Source: Escherichia phage CLB_P2
Reading direction: 5' to 3' (one strand)
Length of the DNA: 64,000 nt
Sequence record: OL770107
The translations under genes and the position numbers were made by a program. Positions 10,301-18,642 of the stretch are shown here, piece after piece (position 1 is the stretch's first letter; each line of letters begins with the position of its first letter). The notes under the pieces were generated by a model, which saw nothing but the letters and a program-made list of their open reading frames with translations, was not told the DNA's origin and searched no databases.

Positions 10301-11250
10301 TCAACATCGTCACGAATTACACGTAAACGAGTTTGACGGTCTCCGTCCCAAACATACCACATTTTTTCAACAGAGTTATAAACAAAGAACCCATCACCTG
10401 AGGTACGGAATTCCATGCTGTGTTGCCCGGGCTTACCTAATGAAGACGACGCATCAAACGTTTCAACTACTAAATGGAACTTACTTCCAAGACCATCGAT
10501 ATCAACGGTTTTAACCATATCACCTTGGTTTGCATACTTAGGAAGAGTAAATTTAATTACTGCACCTGAAGTATAACGACGTAAAACGTTATCACCTGCT
10601 TGTGATTGGAACTGTGCAGTGTTAGGCTCTACACGAATACCGCGTTCTTCGTTACCTGCTTCCCAGAAATGCCAAAGACGGTTAGCAAAGATAAGCATGT
10701 TATAAGAAAAAGGTTTGGTTATCAGAGTTTCAGAGAACTGGTTACCAAATCGAACAATTTTCTGATTACCACCGCCTGGAGCAGAACTAGATTGAACCTT
10801 GATTTCATTATAACCTACACGCCCACCAATGTCCTTGATTACAATGGTATCACCATCAGTAGGGTTAGGAGGCAGAGTAAATGTAGTAAAGCTAGCAGCA
10901 GAATCCACTGCGATATATTCACCAGAAGCCAGCTGGCGTGTAGGAGATGCTACTGTAATCCATTTAGGGTCAGTACGGGTAGCGGTCCAATAACCGGGTA
11001 CAAAAGTTCCGGCCGGGGCATCGATGTCACGTTGAGCAACCCAAATACGTTGGTCATGGATTACGGCAAACCCTTTCTTATATCCGCGCGTCTCGTCGTA
11101 CGCCTGGATGGTGTTCTCATCTATAAAGAATTCAACGTTGACGCCATCATCTAGTACATTGTAATCGGCTTTGGCAACATTGATAACTTTCTCGCCCGCA
11201 GCATCGAGTCCGGATGTAGCACGGAATGCAGGTTTTAAAATATCAGCCAT
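7351..11250 (-). CDS. 34: long tail fibre proximal subunit gp34
   Basis: 1299-aa ORF (T4 gp34 1289 aa), first gene of the 34-35-36-37-38 block, divergent from rnh. Confidence 0.85.
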   Translation of the reverse strand: MADILKPAFRATSGLDAAGEKVINVAKADYNVLDDGVNVEFFIDENTIQAYDETRGYKKGFAVIHDQRIWVAQRDIDAPAGTFVPGYWTATRTDPKWITVASPTRQLASGEYIAVDSAASFTTFTLPPNPTDGDTIVIKDIGGRVGYNEIKVQSSSAPGGGNQKIVRFGNQFSETLITKPFSYNMLIFANRLWHFWEAGNEERGIRVEPNTAQFQSQAGDNVLRRYTSGAVIKFTLPKYANQGDMVKTVDIDGLGSKFHLVVETFDASSSLGKPGQHSMEFRTSGDGFFVYNSVEKMWYVWDGDRQTRLRVIRDDVELLANESVIVFGPNNTTPQTINITLPTNVAQGDTIKIALNYLRKAQTVNIKAAVGDKIASSVQLLQFPKRSEYPPDTEWVLNDVLTFNGNLSYTPVIELSYLEDTDINVNYWVVAQNVPTVERVDSKDDLTRARLGVIALASQTQANVDHENNPEKELAITPQTLANRVATESRRGIARIATTAQVNQNTTFAFQDDLIISPKKLNERTATETRRGVAEIATQQETDAGVDDTTIITPKKLQTRQGTESLSGIVKYVSTTGTTPADSRATVGTNVYNKNTTTLVISPKALDQYKADQNNQGAVYLATQAEVNAGATNPGFSNSVVTPETLGARRSTDTNHGLIEIATQQETDAGTDYTRAVTPKTLNDRKATETLTGIARIGTQVEFDAGVLDNVISTPLKIKTRFDNTARTSVSVASGLVESGTLWNHYTLDIREASNTQRGTARLATQTEVNTGTDDKTIITPLKLQAKKATENAEGIIQLATQAEVIDGTVSNKAFSPKHYKYIVQQEKSWEATSARRGYVKLTTGTATWEGDDTNGSVANLAKFEDNGFAISPLQLNTALTHYLPIKGKAFDSDKLDNLDSSQFVRRDIDQIVEGTLTLRKNIRVDGQLATGGTGEFGGSLAANSTFTIRNTGTATRIVFEKGPQTGTNPVQSMSIRVWGNQYGGGSDTSRSTVFEVGDETSNHFYSQRNKDGNIAFSINGTVMPINVNASGLMNVNGVATFGRSVTAQGEFISYSSNAFRAISGNYGFFIRNDNSNVYFMLTDSGDQTGGFNGLRPLAISNTSGQVTIGEGLIIAKGATINSGGLTVNSRIRSQGTKPADLYSRKPNADNTGFWSVDVNDEATYNQFPGYFKMVEKINEVTGLPYLVRGEEVKSPGTLTQFGNTLNSLYQDWITYPNTADGSTTRWTRTWQQNKNAWSGFVQVFDGGNPPQPSDIGALPSDNASMSNLTIRDWLRIGNVRIIPDPVTRSVKFEWIDTP

Positions 11251-11282
11251 TTTATTTCCTTTTCGTTTTCAGGGTATAGAAC

Positions 11283-11290
11283 TATTTATA
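11283..11290 (-). promoter_or_regulatory. late promoter core TATAAATA for gene 34
   Basis: Minus-strand CTATAAATAG about 33 nt upstream of the gp34 start. Confidence 0.5.
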
Positions 11291-11297
11291 GCAAAGT

Positions 11298-11326
11298 GTT
11301 TACTTCTTCCAGGGCCATGATATAAT
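11298..11326 (+). promoter_or_regulatory. sigma70-type early promoter for rnh
   Basis: GTTTAC, 17-nt spacer, TATAAT about 30 nt upstream of the rnh ATG. Confidence 0.55.
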
Positions 11327-11357
11327 AACCTTCTACACTAATTGGACAGAGGTTCAT

Positions 11358-12305
11358 ATGAACGATTTAGATTTTTTACTTCCTGAAGAAGACCAACAAA
11401 AAGATGGATTTTTACTCCTGGATTTCAGCCAAATCATCATGGCTGCGGCTTTCCAAGAATTTGGTGAGAATGCTGGATTTCCTAAAGTAACCACGGCAAT
11501 GCTTCGACATCTCGTGTTGAATTCAATCAAGAAAAACATTAAAGACTTTAAAAAACAAGGTTATAACCAACTAATCATTTGTGTTGATAACTCTAAATCA
11601 GGTTATTGGCGTCGTCGTTATTCTTCTTATTATAAGAAAAACCGTGCCAAGGCACGTGATGAATCACCATTTGATTGGGAAGGCTTATTCACTGCAATGC
11701 ATATTATTGTGGATGAACTGGAACAAAACATGCCTTATATTGTTATGAATATCGATACAATCGAGGCTGATGACCATATTGCTGTATTGACTCGTATCCT
11801 TACGGCTAAAGGCCATCCGGTTATGATTGGTTCTTCTGATGGTGACTTTACCCAACTTCATAAATTCCCTGGTGTAAAACAATGGTCTCCAATGCAGAAA
11901 AAATTCGTCAAAACAAAATCTGGTGATGCTCTGCTTGATTGTGTGACTAAGGTTATTAAAGGTGACCGCAAGGATAACGTTGCAAGTATTAAAGTTCGTG
12001 GTGATTATTGGTTGACAATGGTTGAAGGCGAACGTACTCCTAGCACTCGTGCCAAGGAACTTGAAGCAATTGCTCTTAATTATTATGACCATGATATAAT
12101 TAAAACACTTCTTACTGAGGAACAATATGAACGTTTCTGTGAAAACCAAATCTTAATTGATATGGACTTTATTCCAGATGATATTGTTGCTTTAATTACT
12201 GAAAGATATAATACGTATAACAAACCTTCGAAATCTAAAGTTTATCCTTATTTCGTTAAATCAGGTTTGTCTAAACTAACTGCTACAGTAGCTGATTTTT
12301 ATTAA
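11358..12305 (+). CDS. rnh: RNase H / 5'-3' flap exonuclease
   Basis: 315-aa ORF; motifs shared with T4 RNase H (VDNSKSGYWRR, IEADDHIAV, SSDGDFTQLH, VKQWSP); position between gene 34 and dsbA. Confidence 0.85.
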   Translation: MNDLDFLLPEEDQQKDGFLLLDFSQIIMAAAFQEFGENAGFPKVTTAMLRHLVLNSIKKNIKDFKKQGYNQLIICVDNSKSGYWRRRYSSYYKKNRAKARDESPFDWEGLFTAMHIIVDELEQNMPYIVMNIDTIEADDHIAVLTRILTAKGHPVMIGSSDGDFTQLHKFPGVKQWSPMQKKFVKTKSGDALLDCVTKVIKGDRKDNVASIKVRGDYWLTMVEGERTPSTRAKELEAIALNYYDHDIIKTLLTEEQYERFCENQILIDMDFIPDDIVALITERYNTYNKPSKSKVYPYFVKSGLSKLTATVADFY

Positions 12306-12315
12306 GGTGAATATA

Positions 12316-12585
12316 ATGGCTAAAGAAAAAGTGAAAGTTGAATTCAACCAAGAAGAACATGGTAATACCCTAGCCCAGTTGATTAAAACTGCTTCCGATA
12401 CCAAATTAAAAATGGAAGCATACGGCGACGAAATTAAAGATATCAAAGACCGTGCTAAGACTGAACTTGGTGTAGACGGTAAAATGTTTAACCAGCTGTT
12501 CTCCCTGTATCATAAAGGCACTCGTGAACGTTTCGAAGACGAAAAAACTGAAGTGGTAGAACTGTATGACACAATCTTTGAATGA
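12316..12585 (+). CDS. dsbA: dsDNA-binding late transcription enhancer DsbA
   Basis: About 89-aa ORF from ATG at 12316 (table ORF starts at an upstream GTG); RBS AAGGTGA; position rnh-dsbA-33 as in T4. Confidence 0.65.
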   Translation: MAKEKVKVEFNQEEHGNTLAQLIKTASDTKLKMEAYGDEIKDIKDRAKTELGVDGKMFNQLFSLYHKGTRERFEDEKTEVVELYDTIFE

Positions 12586-12868
12586 TTTTGACGGAGCGGT
12601 TAATACCGCTTCTGAACCTGTCCATGTATTGGTAAATAAACAACAGAATGGCCTTGATATTGAGGCCTTTGTTGAGGCTGAAGGATGTAGCTATCTCGAA
12701 GCGGCTACCGCATGGTTGGAAGAGAACAGCATCCCTGAAGGTAACTTTGCTCGTTATTTGCCTGCAGGAATTATTGATAAAATTATGAACGAGGCCATTG
12801 ATGATAACTTGCTTCGTCCTTCAATGGCACGAACGCAAAAAACTAATACCCTGGATTTCTTGTTATGA
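12566..12868 (+). CDS. 33: late transcription co-activator gp33
   Basis: 100-aa ORF; central and C-terminal similarity to T4 gp33 (YLEAATAWLEENSIPE, LLRPSMARTQKTNTLDFLL); start overlaps dsbA 3' end. Confidence 0.75.
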   Translation: MTQSLNDFDGAVNTASEPVHVLVNKQQNGLDIEAFVEAEGCSYLEAATAWLEENSIPEGNFARYLPAGIIDKIMNEAIDDNLLRPSMARTQKTNTLDFLL

Positions 12869-13518
12869 TTAAGATTCGCATGCCACCAAACAATAACCGT
12901 ATGGTGAATGGTAAGAGCGTATATTCACTATACTTAATGCTCAAACATCACTTCAATGCCAAATACGACGTTATAAAATATAACTGGGTCATGCGAATCT
13001 CTGATACGGCTTACCAAAAACGTCGTGACAAATATTTCTTCGAGAAATTGAGTGATAAATACACTTTGAAAGAGCTTGCTCTTATCTTCATGAGTAACTT
13101 GGTGGCTAACCAAGACGCATGGATTGGCGACATCAGTGATGCTGACGCCTTAGTCTTTTACCGAGAATATATCGGTAGACTTAAAAGAATAAAACAAGTT
13201 TTTGAGGACGATATCAAAAACATCTATTATTTCAGTAAGAAAGTGGAAGTTCAAGCGCTTTCTGAAATTTTTGAATATAATAAAAAAGTTAACTCGAGCT
13301 ATATTTTTAAGCTCCTTCAATCGAATGTTATTTCGTTCGAAACGTTTATTTTGCTTGATTCATTTATGGATATAATAAATAAACATGATGAACAGACCAA
13401 CGATTTAGTGTGGTCTAAGTATTCGACTAAATTAAATGCTTATAAGAAAATTCTTATAATCGATAATTTAGAAGCTCGTAAATTGTTCATTGAAACTATC
13501 AAATCTTGTAAGTTTTAA
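12865..13518 (+). CDS. 59: helicase loader gp59
   Basis: 217-aa ORF; near-identical blocks to T4 gp59 (YDVIKYNW, ANQDAWIGDISDADALVFYREYIGRLK, FETFILLDSF); ATGA overlap with gene 33. Confidence 0.85.
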   Translation: MIKIRMPPNNNRMVNGKSVYSLYLMLKHHFNAKYDVIKYNWVMRISDTAYQKRRDKYFFEKLSDKYTLKELALIFMSNLVANQDAWIGDISDADALVFYREYIGRLKRIKQVFEDDIKNIYYFSKKVEVQALSEIFEYNKKVNSSYIFKLLQSNVISFETFILLDSFMDIINKHDEQTNDLVWSKYSTKLNAYKKILIIDNLEARKLFIETIKSCKF

Positions 13519-13608
13519 TGCTTCATATTAAATGTGTTAATATACTAACTCAATCTGTTAAAAACTGTTAATAAAATACAACTGCTAAAATCTGCTAAGG
13601 TAAATAAT

Positions 13609-14514
13609 ATGTTCAAACGTAAAGACCCTTCCCAACTGGCTGCTCAACTGTCTGCAATGAAAGGTGGTTCTTCTTTCTCTTCCGATGATAAAGCTGAATG
13701 GAAATTGAAAGATGACAATGGTGTTGGTACTGCGGTAATTCGTTTCCTACCTTCGAAAAACGAAGAAAATCCATCTCCATTCGTTAAGCTCGTTAACCAC
13801 GGCTTTAAGAAAAATGGTCAATGGTATATTGAAAACTGTACGTCTACTCACGGTGATTTCGATTCTTGTCCTGTATGTAAATACATGAACCAGAACGATA
13901 CGTATAATACTAATAACGCCGAATACAAACTGATGAAACGTAAAACTTCCTTCTGGGCTAACATCCTTGTTATTAAGGATAGTGCAGTGCCTGCTAACGA
14001 AGGTAAAGTGTTTAAATTCCGTTTCGGACAGAAAATTATGGATAAAATCAACCAGATGGTTGAAGTTGATACTGATATTGGTGAAGTGCCGGTTGACGTA
14101 ACATGTCCGTTTGATGGTGCTAACTTCGTACTGAAATCTAAGAAAGTTGGTGACTTCAAAAACTACGACGATTCCAAATTCATGGGTCAGTCTGAAATTC
14201 CTAACATCAATGATGAAGCTTACCAAGCTAAATTGATGGAAGAAATGCACGACCTTTCTAAACTGCTCGAGTTCAAATCCTTTGAAACTAACGAAGCCAA
14301 GTTTAAGAAAGTTGTTGGTACTGCTGCTCTTGGTGGTGCTGCCGCTAAAGCTTCTGCAGCTGCCGATAAGATTGGTGATGACCTGGACGCATTCAGTGCA
14401 GACCTTGATGCATATGATTCTAAACCGTCTACACCGACCCGTTCCACTACTCCTGAACCATCAGTAAGTCCTTCTGATGACGATGGTTTGGACGACCTGT
14501 TAGCTGGTCTATAA
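13609..14514 (+). CDS. 32: ssDNA-binding protein gp32
   Basis: 301-aa ORF; Zn site [12 protein letters not shown]; LAST-like N-terminus [14 protein letters not shown]; acidic C-terminus [13 protein letters not shown]. Confidence 0.9.
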   Translation: MFKRKDPSQLAAQLSAMKGGSSFSSDDKAEWKLKDDNGVGTAVIRFLPSKNEENPSPFVKLVNHGFKKNGQWYIENCTSTHGDFDSCPVCKYMNQNDTYNTNNAEYKLMKRKTSFWANILVIKDSAVPANEGKVFKFRFGQKIMDKINQMVEVDTDIGEVPVDVTCPFDGANFVLKSKKVGDFKNYDDSKFMGQSEIPNINDEAYQAKLMEEMHDLSKLLEFKSFETNEAKFKKVVGTAALGGAAAKASAAADKIGDDLDAFSADLDAYDSKPSTPTRSTTPEPSVSPSDDDGLDDLLAGL

Positions 14515-14530
14515 GTTATTGATTTATAAT

Positions 14531-14556
14531 GGGAAGACTTCGGTCTTCCCTTTTTT
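14531..14556 (+). terminator. rho-independent terminator after gene 32
   Basis: GGGAAGAC-TTCG-GTCTTCCC followed by TTTTTT. Confidence 0.7.
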
Positions 14557-14567
14557 GGCATTTAATG

Positions 14568-14596
14568 GTTTACAATGCCTTTAAACATGATACTAT
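14568..14596 (+). promoter_or_regulatory. early promoter cassette (PeSL-like)
   Basis: GTTTAC, 17 nt, TACTAT, then conserved TAGACC..CATGAGGAAATAAAAATG leader with GAGGA RBS. Confidence 0.5.
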
Positions 14597-14625
14597 AGAC
14601 CTATCAACTACATGAGGAAATAAAA

Positions 14626-14994
14626 ATGGAAACTGGTAAATTTTATGTATTAGACCCTGCTGCCAAAAAACAATTCATCGCTGGTAGTCCTGATAACAAT
14701 TCGCGTATGGTTAAGATTATGGAACAACATGGCAGTTCCTTTAAAGTCCTGGGCATGTGTTATATCGACGGTGATTATTTTGTCGAAAAAGTTGAAATGA
14801 AAGATGGTACCATCCTGAAGTCTGTTTATGATAATGCTGACGAGTATTTTGAACTCGCTGAATGGGAATTCAAACACTTCATAGAAGTTGATGGTGATGC
14901 TCCTGCTGTTGATACCCAAACCATTCATGTGCAGGTAAATCATAAAAATGCGGCAGAAGTTGTTGCCTTGATTAAAGCTACCTTTGGAATTTAA
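14626..14994 (+). CDS. hypothetical early protein (tandem paralog A)
   Basis: 122-aa ORF with promoter and RBS; shares DGD-FV-K, EYFEL-E-EF and IH-V motifs with the next ORF. Confidence 0.5.
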   Translation: METGKFYVLDPAAKKQFIAGSPDNNSRMVKIMEQHGSSFKVLGMCYIDGDYFVEKVEMKDGTILKSVYDNADEYFELAEWEFKHFIEVDGDAPAVDTQTIHVQVNHKNAAEVVALIKATFGI

Positions 14995-14996
14995 AA

Positions 14997-15380
14997 ATGA
15001 AAATCGGTAAAAAATACGAACTTCGTCCTGAGCGTATCAAATCTTTTATCAATATCAGCCCTATCAATAATAATGATATGGTTGATATTATCCAAGAAAA
15101 CGGTGGATGGTTTGAAGTAAAGGACGTTATGACCTCAGATGGGGATGAATTTGTAACTAAAATCAAATGTGCTAATGGTGAGGTTTTTAGTTCGGACGGG
15201 ACACTAGAGGAATATTTTGAATTGCATGAAGATGAGTTCTATTGCTTCCGTGAATACGTTGAACAAGATGAAGTTGATGAACCCGTTTCTAAGGCCGGTG
15301 TGACCCAAATCCATTGCGTTGTCACTGAACAGAACGTTGACCAAATCATTGAACTTTTGCAAAAAACTTTTAAGGCCTAA
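14997..15380 (+). CDS. hypothetical early protein (tandem paralog B)
   Basis: 127-aa ORF, 2 nt after the previous stop; paralogous to 14626..14994. Confidence 0.5.
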   Translation: MKIGKKYELRPERIKSFINISPINNNDMVDIIQENGGWFEVKDVMTSDGDEFVTKIKCANGEVFSSDGTLEEYFELHEDEFYCFREYVEQDEVDEPVSKAGVTQIHCVVTEQNVDQIIELLQKTFKA

Positions 15381-15381
15381 T

Positions 15382-15642
15382 ATGACTAAAGATGATTTCC
15401 TGGATGCCGTAGAAAAAGCCAGTGAGAAATTTGAAGTGATGGGTGTACGAGTTCATAAAGACCGAAATTATGGGCTCGATGTCCAAACGTATTCGTTATG
15501 GCTTGTAGGTGAACATAGTCTTGTAACCAGCTTAGTTATGGGTGTTGATGCTCAACCCTTACTGGTTAAATTTAGAAGTATGGAAAAAGCTACCAAAGAA
15601 ATGATTAAGCTTGGTAAATGGCTTGATAAAATTCAAAAATAA
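15382..15642 (+). CDS. hypothetical protein
   Basis: About 86-aa ORF from ATG at 15382 (table ORF extends upstream into the previous gene). Confidence 0.4.
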   Translation: MTKDDFLDAVEKASEKFEVMGVRVHKDRNYGLDVQTYSLWLVGEHSLVTSLVMGVDAQPLLVKFRSMEKATKEMIKLGKWLDKIQK

Positions 15643-15644
15643 GT

Positions 15645-15673
15645 GTTTACAAGGTCTGTAGATATGATACTAT
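15645..15673 (+). promoter_or_regulatory. early promoter cassette (PeSL-like)
   Basis: GTTTAC, 17 nt, TACTAT, leader ..CTATCAACTAATGAGGAAAATAAAATG. Confidence 0.5.
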
Positions 15674-15701
15674 AGACCTATCAACTAATGAGGAAAATAA
15701 A

Positions 15702-15929
15702 ATGGCTAAGGTTAATATTGATATCGTTGATTTTGAATACACTTACGAAGTTATCCGTAATCGTTATCCTTCTTTGACTATGACTTATATCAAAGACACA
15801 CAATTCTGTAGTATGCAAATTGAAGTTCAAGGTCCTCTTGAAGACCTTACCCGCTTTATGGCTGATGAATATTGTGATGGTATGCATGCTGAAGACGCTG
15901 AATTTTATATGGGCTTAATTCAAAAATAA
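15702..15929 (+). CDS. hypothetical protein
   Basis: 75-aa ORF with cassette promoter and GAGGA RBS. Confidence 0.45.
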   Translation: MAKVNIDIVDFEYTYEVIRNRYPSLTMTYIKDTQFCSMQIEVQGPLEDLTRFMADEYCDGMHAEDAEFYMGLIQK

Positions 15930-15931
15930 GT

Positions 15932-15961
15932 GTTTACCTAAGGCTATGGTAGTGATACTAT
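15932..15961 (+). promoter_or_regulatory. early promoter cassette (PeSL-like) with hairpin
   Basis: GTTTAC, 18 nt, TACTAT; inverted repeat AAGGCTAT...ATAGCCTT brackets the -10 region. Confidence 0.5.
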
Positions 15962-15987
15962 AGCCTTATCAACTTGAGGAGAATAAA

Positions 15988-16227
15988 ATGAAATTACAAC
16001 GCGAATCAATCAAAGATTCTGAAGTTAAAGGCAAATGGTACTTCACAATCCAAGGTAACAATCCGGAAGCTCTGGAAAAAGCCGAACAAGCTTTGTGTGA
16101 AATGGGTTGGAAAGATGAGTGTGATGGGTGTCCTCTTTATGAAGATGGTAGCTCATCTGGTTTCTGGATTCACCATTCTGATGTTGACCAATTTAAAGCC
16201 GACTGGAAAGTCGCTAAGAAAGCGTGA
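15988..16227 (+). CDS. hypothetical protein (Cys-rich)
   Basis: 79-aa ORF; CEMGWKDECDGCP motif. Confidence 0.45.
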   Translation: MKLQRESIKDSEVKGKWYFTIQGNNPEALEKAEQALCEMGWKDECDGCPLYEDGSSSGFWIHHSDVDQFKADWKVAKKA

Positions 16228-16237
16228 GGAAAATATA

Positions 16238-16567
16238 ATGCTTACTGAATACACTTGCTTTGCTAAAGATGATGCACATCCTGAACTGATTCTTGAAGTT
16301 AAGGTTAATACACTTGAACAAAAATTTGATTGGAGCCTTTACATCTATCCTAAAAATAATATTGATGGTCCACAGAAATATACGCTTAACGACAAGTGCA
16401 TTAGCGGTATCATTGGATACGGGTCTAGCGAAAGCAAATATTCATTAGAAGATATTCGCCAATCACGTTGTGCCGTCGCTTATTTTGATACTAGTACCAT
16501 TAAATATCTTTACAAATTGGTTCTTGATATTCGCAAAGATTTTACCGCAATTAAAAAATGCAGTTAA
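16238..16567 (+). CDS. hypothetical protein
   Basis: About 109-aa ORF from ATG at 16238 with GAGGA RBS (table ORF begins at an upstream alternative start). Confidence 0.4.
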   Translation: MLTEYTCFAKDDAHPELILEVKVNTLEQKFDWSLYIYPKNNIDGPQKYTLNDKCISGIIGYGSSESKYSLEDIRQSRCAVAYFDTSTIKYLYKLVLDIRKDFTAIKKCS

Positions 16568-17360
<793 letters not shown>

Positions 17361-17361
<1 letters not shown>

Positions 17362-18221
17362 TGAAACAATACCAATTTTTAATTAAAGATATCCTGGAAA
17401 ATGGCTACGAAACCGACGACCGTACCGGCACCGGTACAATTGCACTGTTCGGTACTAAATTACGTTTTGATTTAACTAAAGGCTTTCCTGCAGTAACAAC
17501 TAAAAAATTAGCATGGAAAGCCTGTATTGCTGAGCTCCTTTGGTTCCTTTCGGGTTCAACTAACGTTAATGACCTTCGTTTCCGTACTCACGGTTCACTA
17601 ATTGGCGGTAAAACTATTTGGGACGAGAACTACGAAAATCAGGCCAAAGACCTAGGTTATCATAGTGGTGAACTTGGTCCGGTATACGGGAAACAATGGC
17701 GAGATTTTGGTGGTGTCGACCAGGTTGTAGAAATCATCAACCGCATTAAAAAGATGCCTAATGACCGACGTCAAATCGTATCTGCATGGAACCCGGCTGA
17801 AATCAACCAGATGGCTCTTCCACCGTGCCATTGTTTTTACCAGTTCAACGTTCGTAATGGACATCTTGACCTCCAGTGGTACCAACGTTCTGTTGACGTG
17901 TTCTTAGGATTGCCATTTAATATTGCCTCTTACGCCGCTCTTGTGCATATTGTAGCTAAGATGTGTAATCTTATTCCGGGCGATTTAGTGTTCTCAGGCG
18001 GCAATACACACATCTATTCTAACCACGTTGAACAATGCCAAGAAGTTCTTCGTCGTGAGCCTAAAGAGCTTTGTGAACTGGAAATTAATTGGCCTGAAGG
18101 ATTCTCTGATTGGAGCACGACATTACAGCTTCATTGGGTAACAGAGCATATGGTCCATGAAGATTTTAAACTCATTGGTTACGAATCACACCCTACCATT
18201 AAGGCTAAAATGGCTGTATGA
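17361..18221 (+). CDS. td: thymidylate synthase, intron-less
   Basis: 286-aa continuous ORF from ATG at 17361 (MKQYQFLIKDI); active-site LPPCHCFYQFNV; near-identical to T4 TS over its length. Confidence 0.9.
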
Positions 18222-18282
18222 AAATTCAAATTGCTGGTACCTTATTTTTGGTTATTATGATTGGGCTGAATTTGGTGCTATA

Positions 18283-18576
18283 ATGAGAGTCTGTAGAGTT
18301 GTTAACAAGTATAAAGAAGATTTTGATGTCAATATCCAACGCGGAACCATGTGGGGTAATCCATTTAAAGATGGGACCCGTGAGGAAAACATCAAGAACT
18401 TTAAAGAATACTTTATTGCTAAAATAAAATCGGGTGAAATTAAAAGAGAACATCTTGAAACCCTTAGAGGTATGCGTATAGCGTGTACCTGTAAACCTAA
18501 GGACTGTCATGGGGATGTGATAGCCCTGGTTGTTAACAAACTTTTCAAAGACACGTTCTCATTAGAAGACCTATAA
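18283..18576 (+). CDS. hypothetical protein with GNPF and CxC-x5-CHGD motifs
   Basis: About 97 aa from the only ATG downstream of the td stop in this frame; MWGNPF and CTCKPKDCHGD motifs; start uncertain (table ORF extends to 18157 inside td). Confidence 0.4.
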   Translation: MRVCRVVNKYKEDFDVNIQRGTMWGNPFKDGTREENIKNFKEYFIAKIKSGEIKREHLETLRGMRIACTCKPKDCHGDVIALVVNKLFKDTFSLEDL

Positions 18577-18587
18577 ATATCAGTCCA

Positions 18588-18612
18588 TGCTTAACAGGTT
18601 CTATGATAGAAT
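18588..18612 (+). promoter_or_regulatory. candidate MotA-box middle promoter for nrdA
   Basis: ATGCTTAAC then about 14 nt then TAGAAT; a TATAAATA also lies at about 18572-18579. Confidence 0.3.
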
Positions 18613-18642
18613 AATTATAGAACCTAACATATTGAGGAAATT

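Noticed and set aside
18157-18282. N-terminal extension of the ORF downstream of td, overlapping td by 65 nt
   Set aside because: Extension depends on a start inside td with no RBS; the internal ATG at 18283 is the more parsimonious start, though this remains uncertain.
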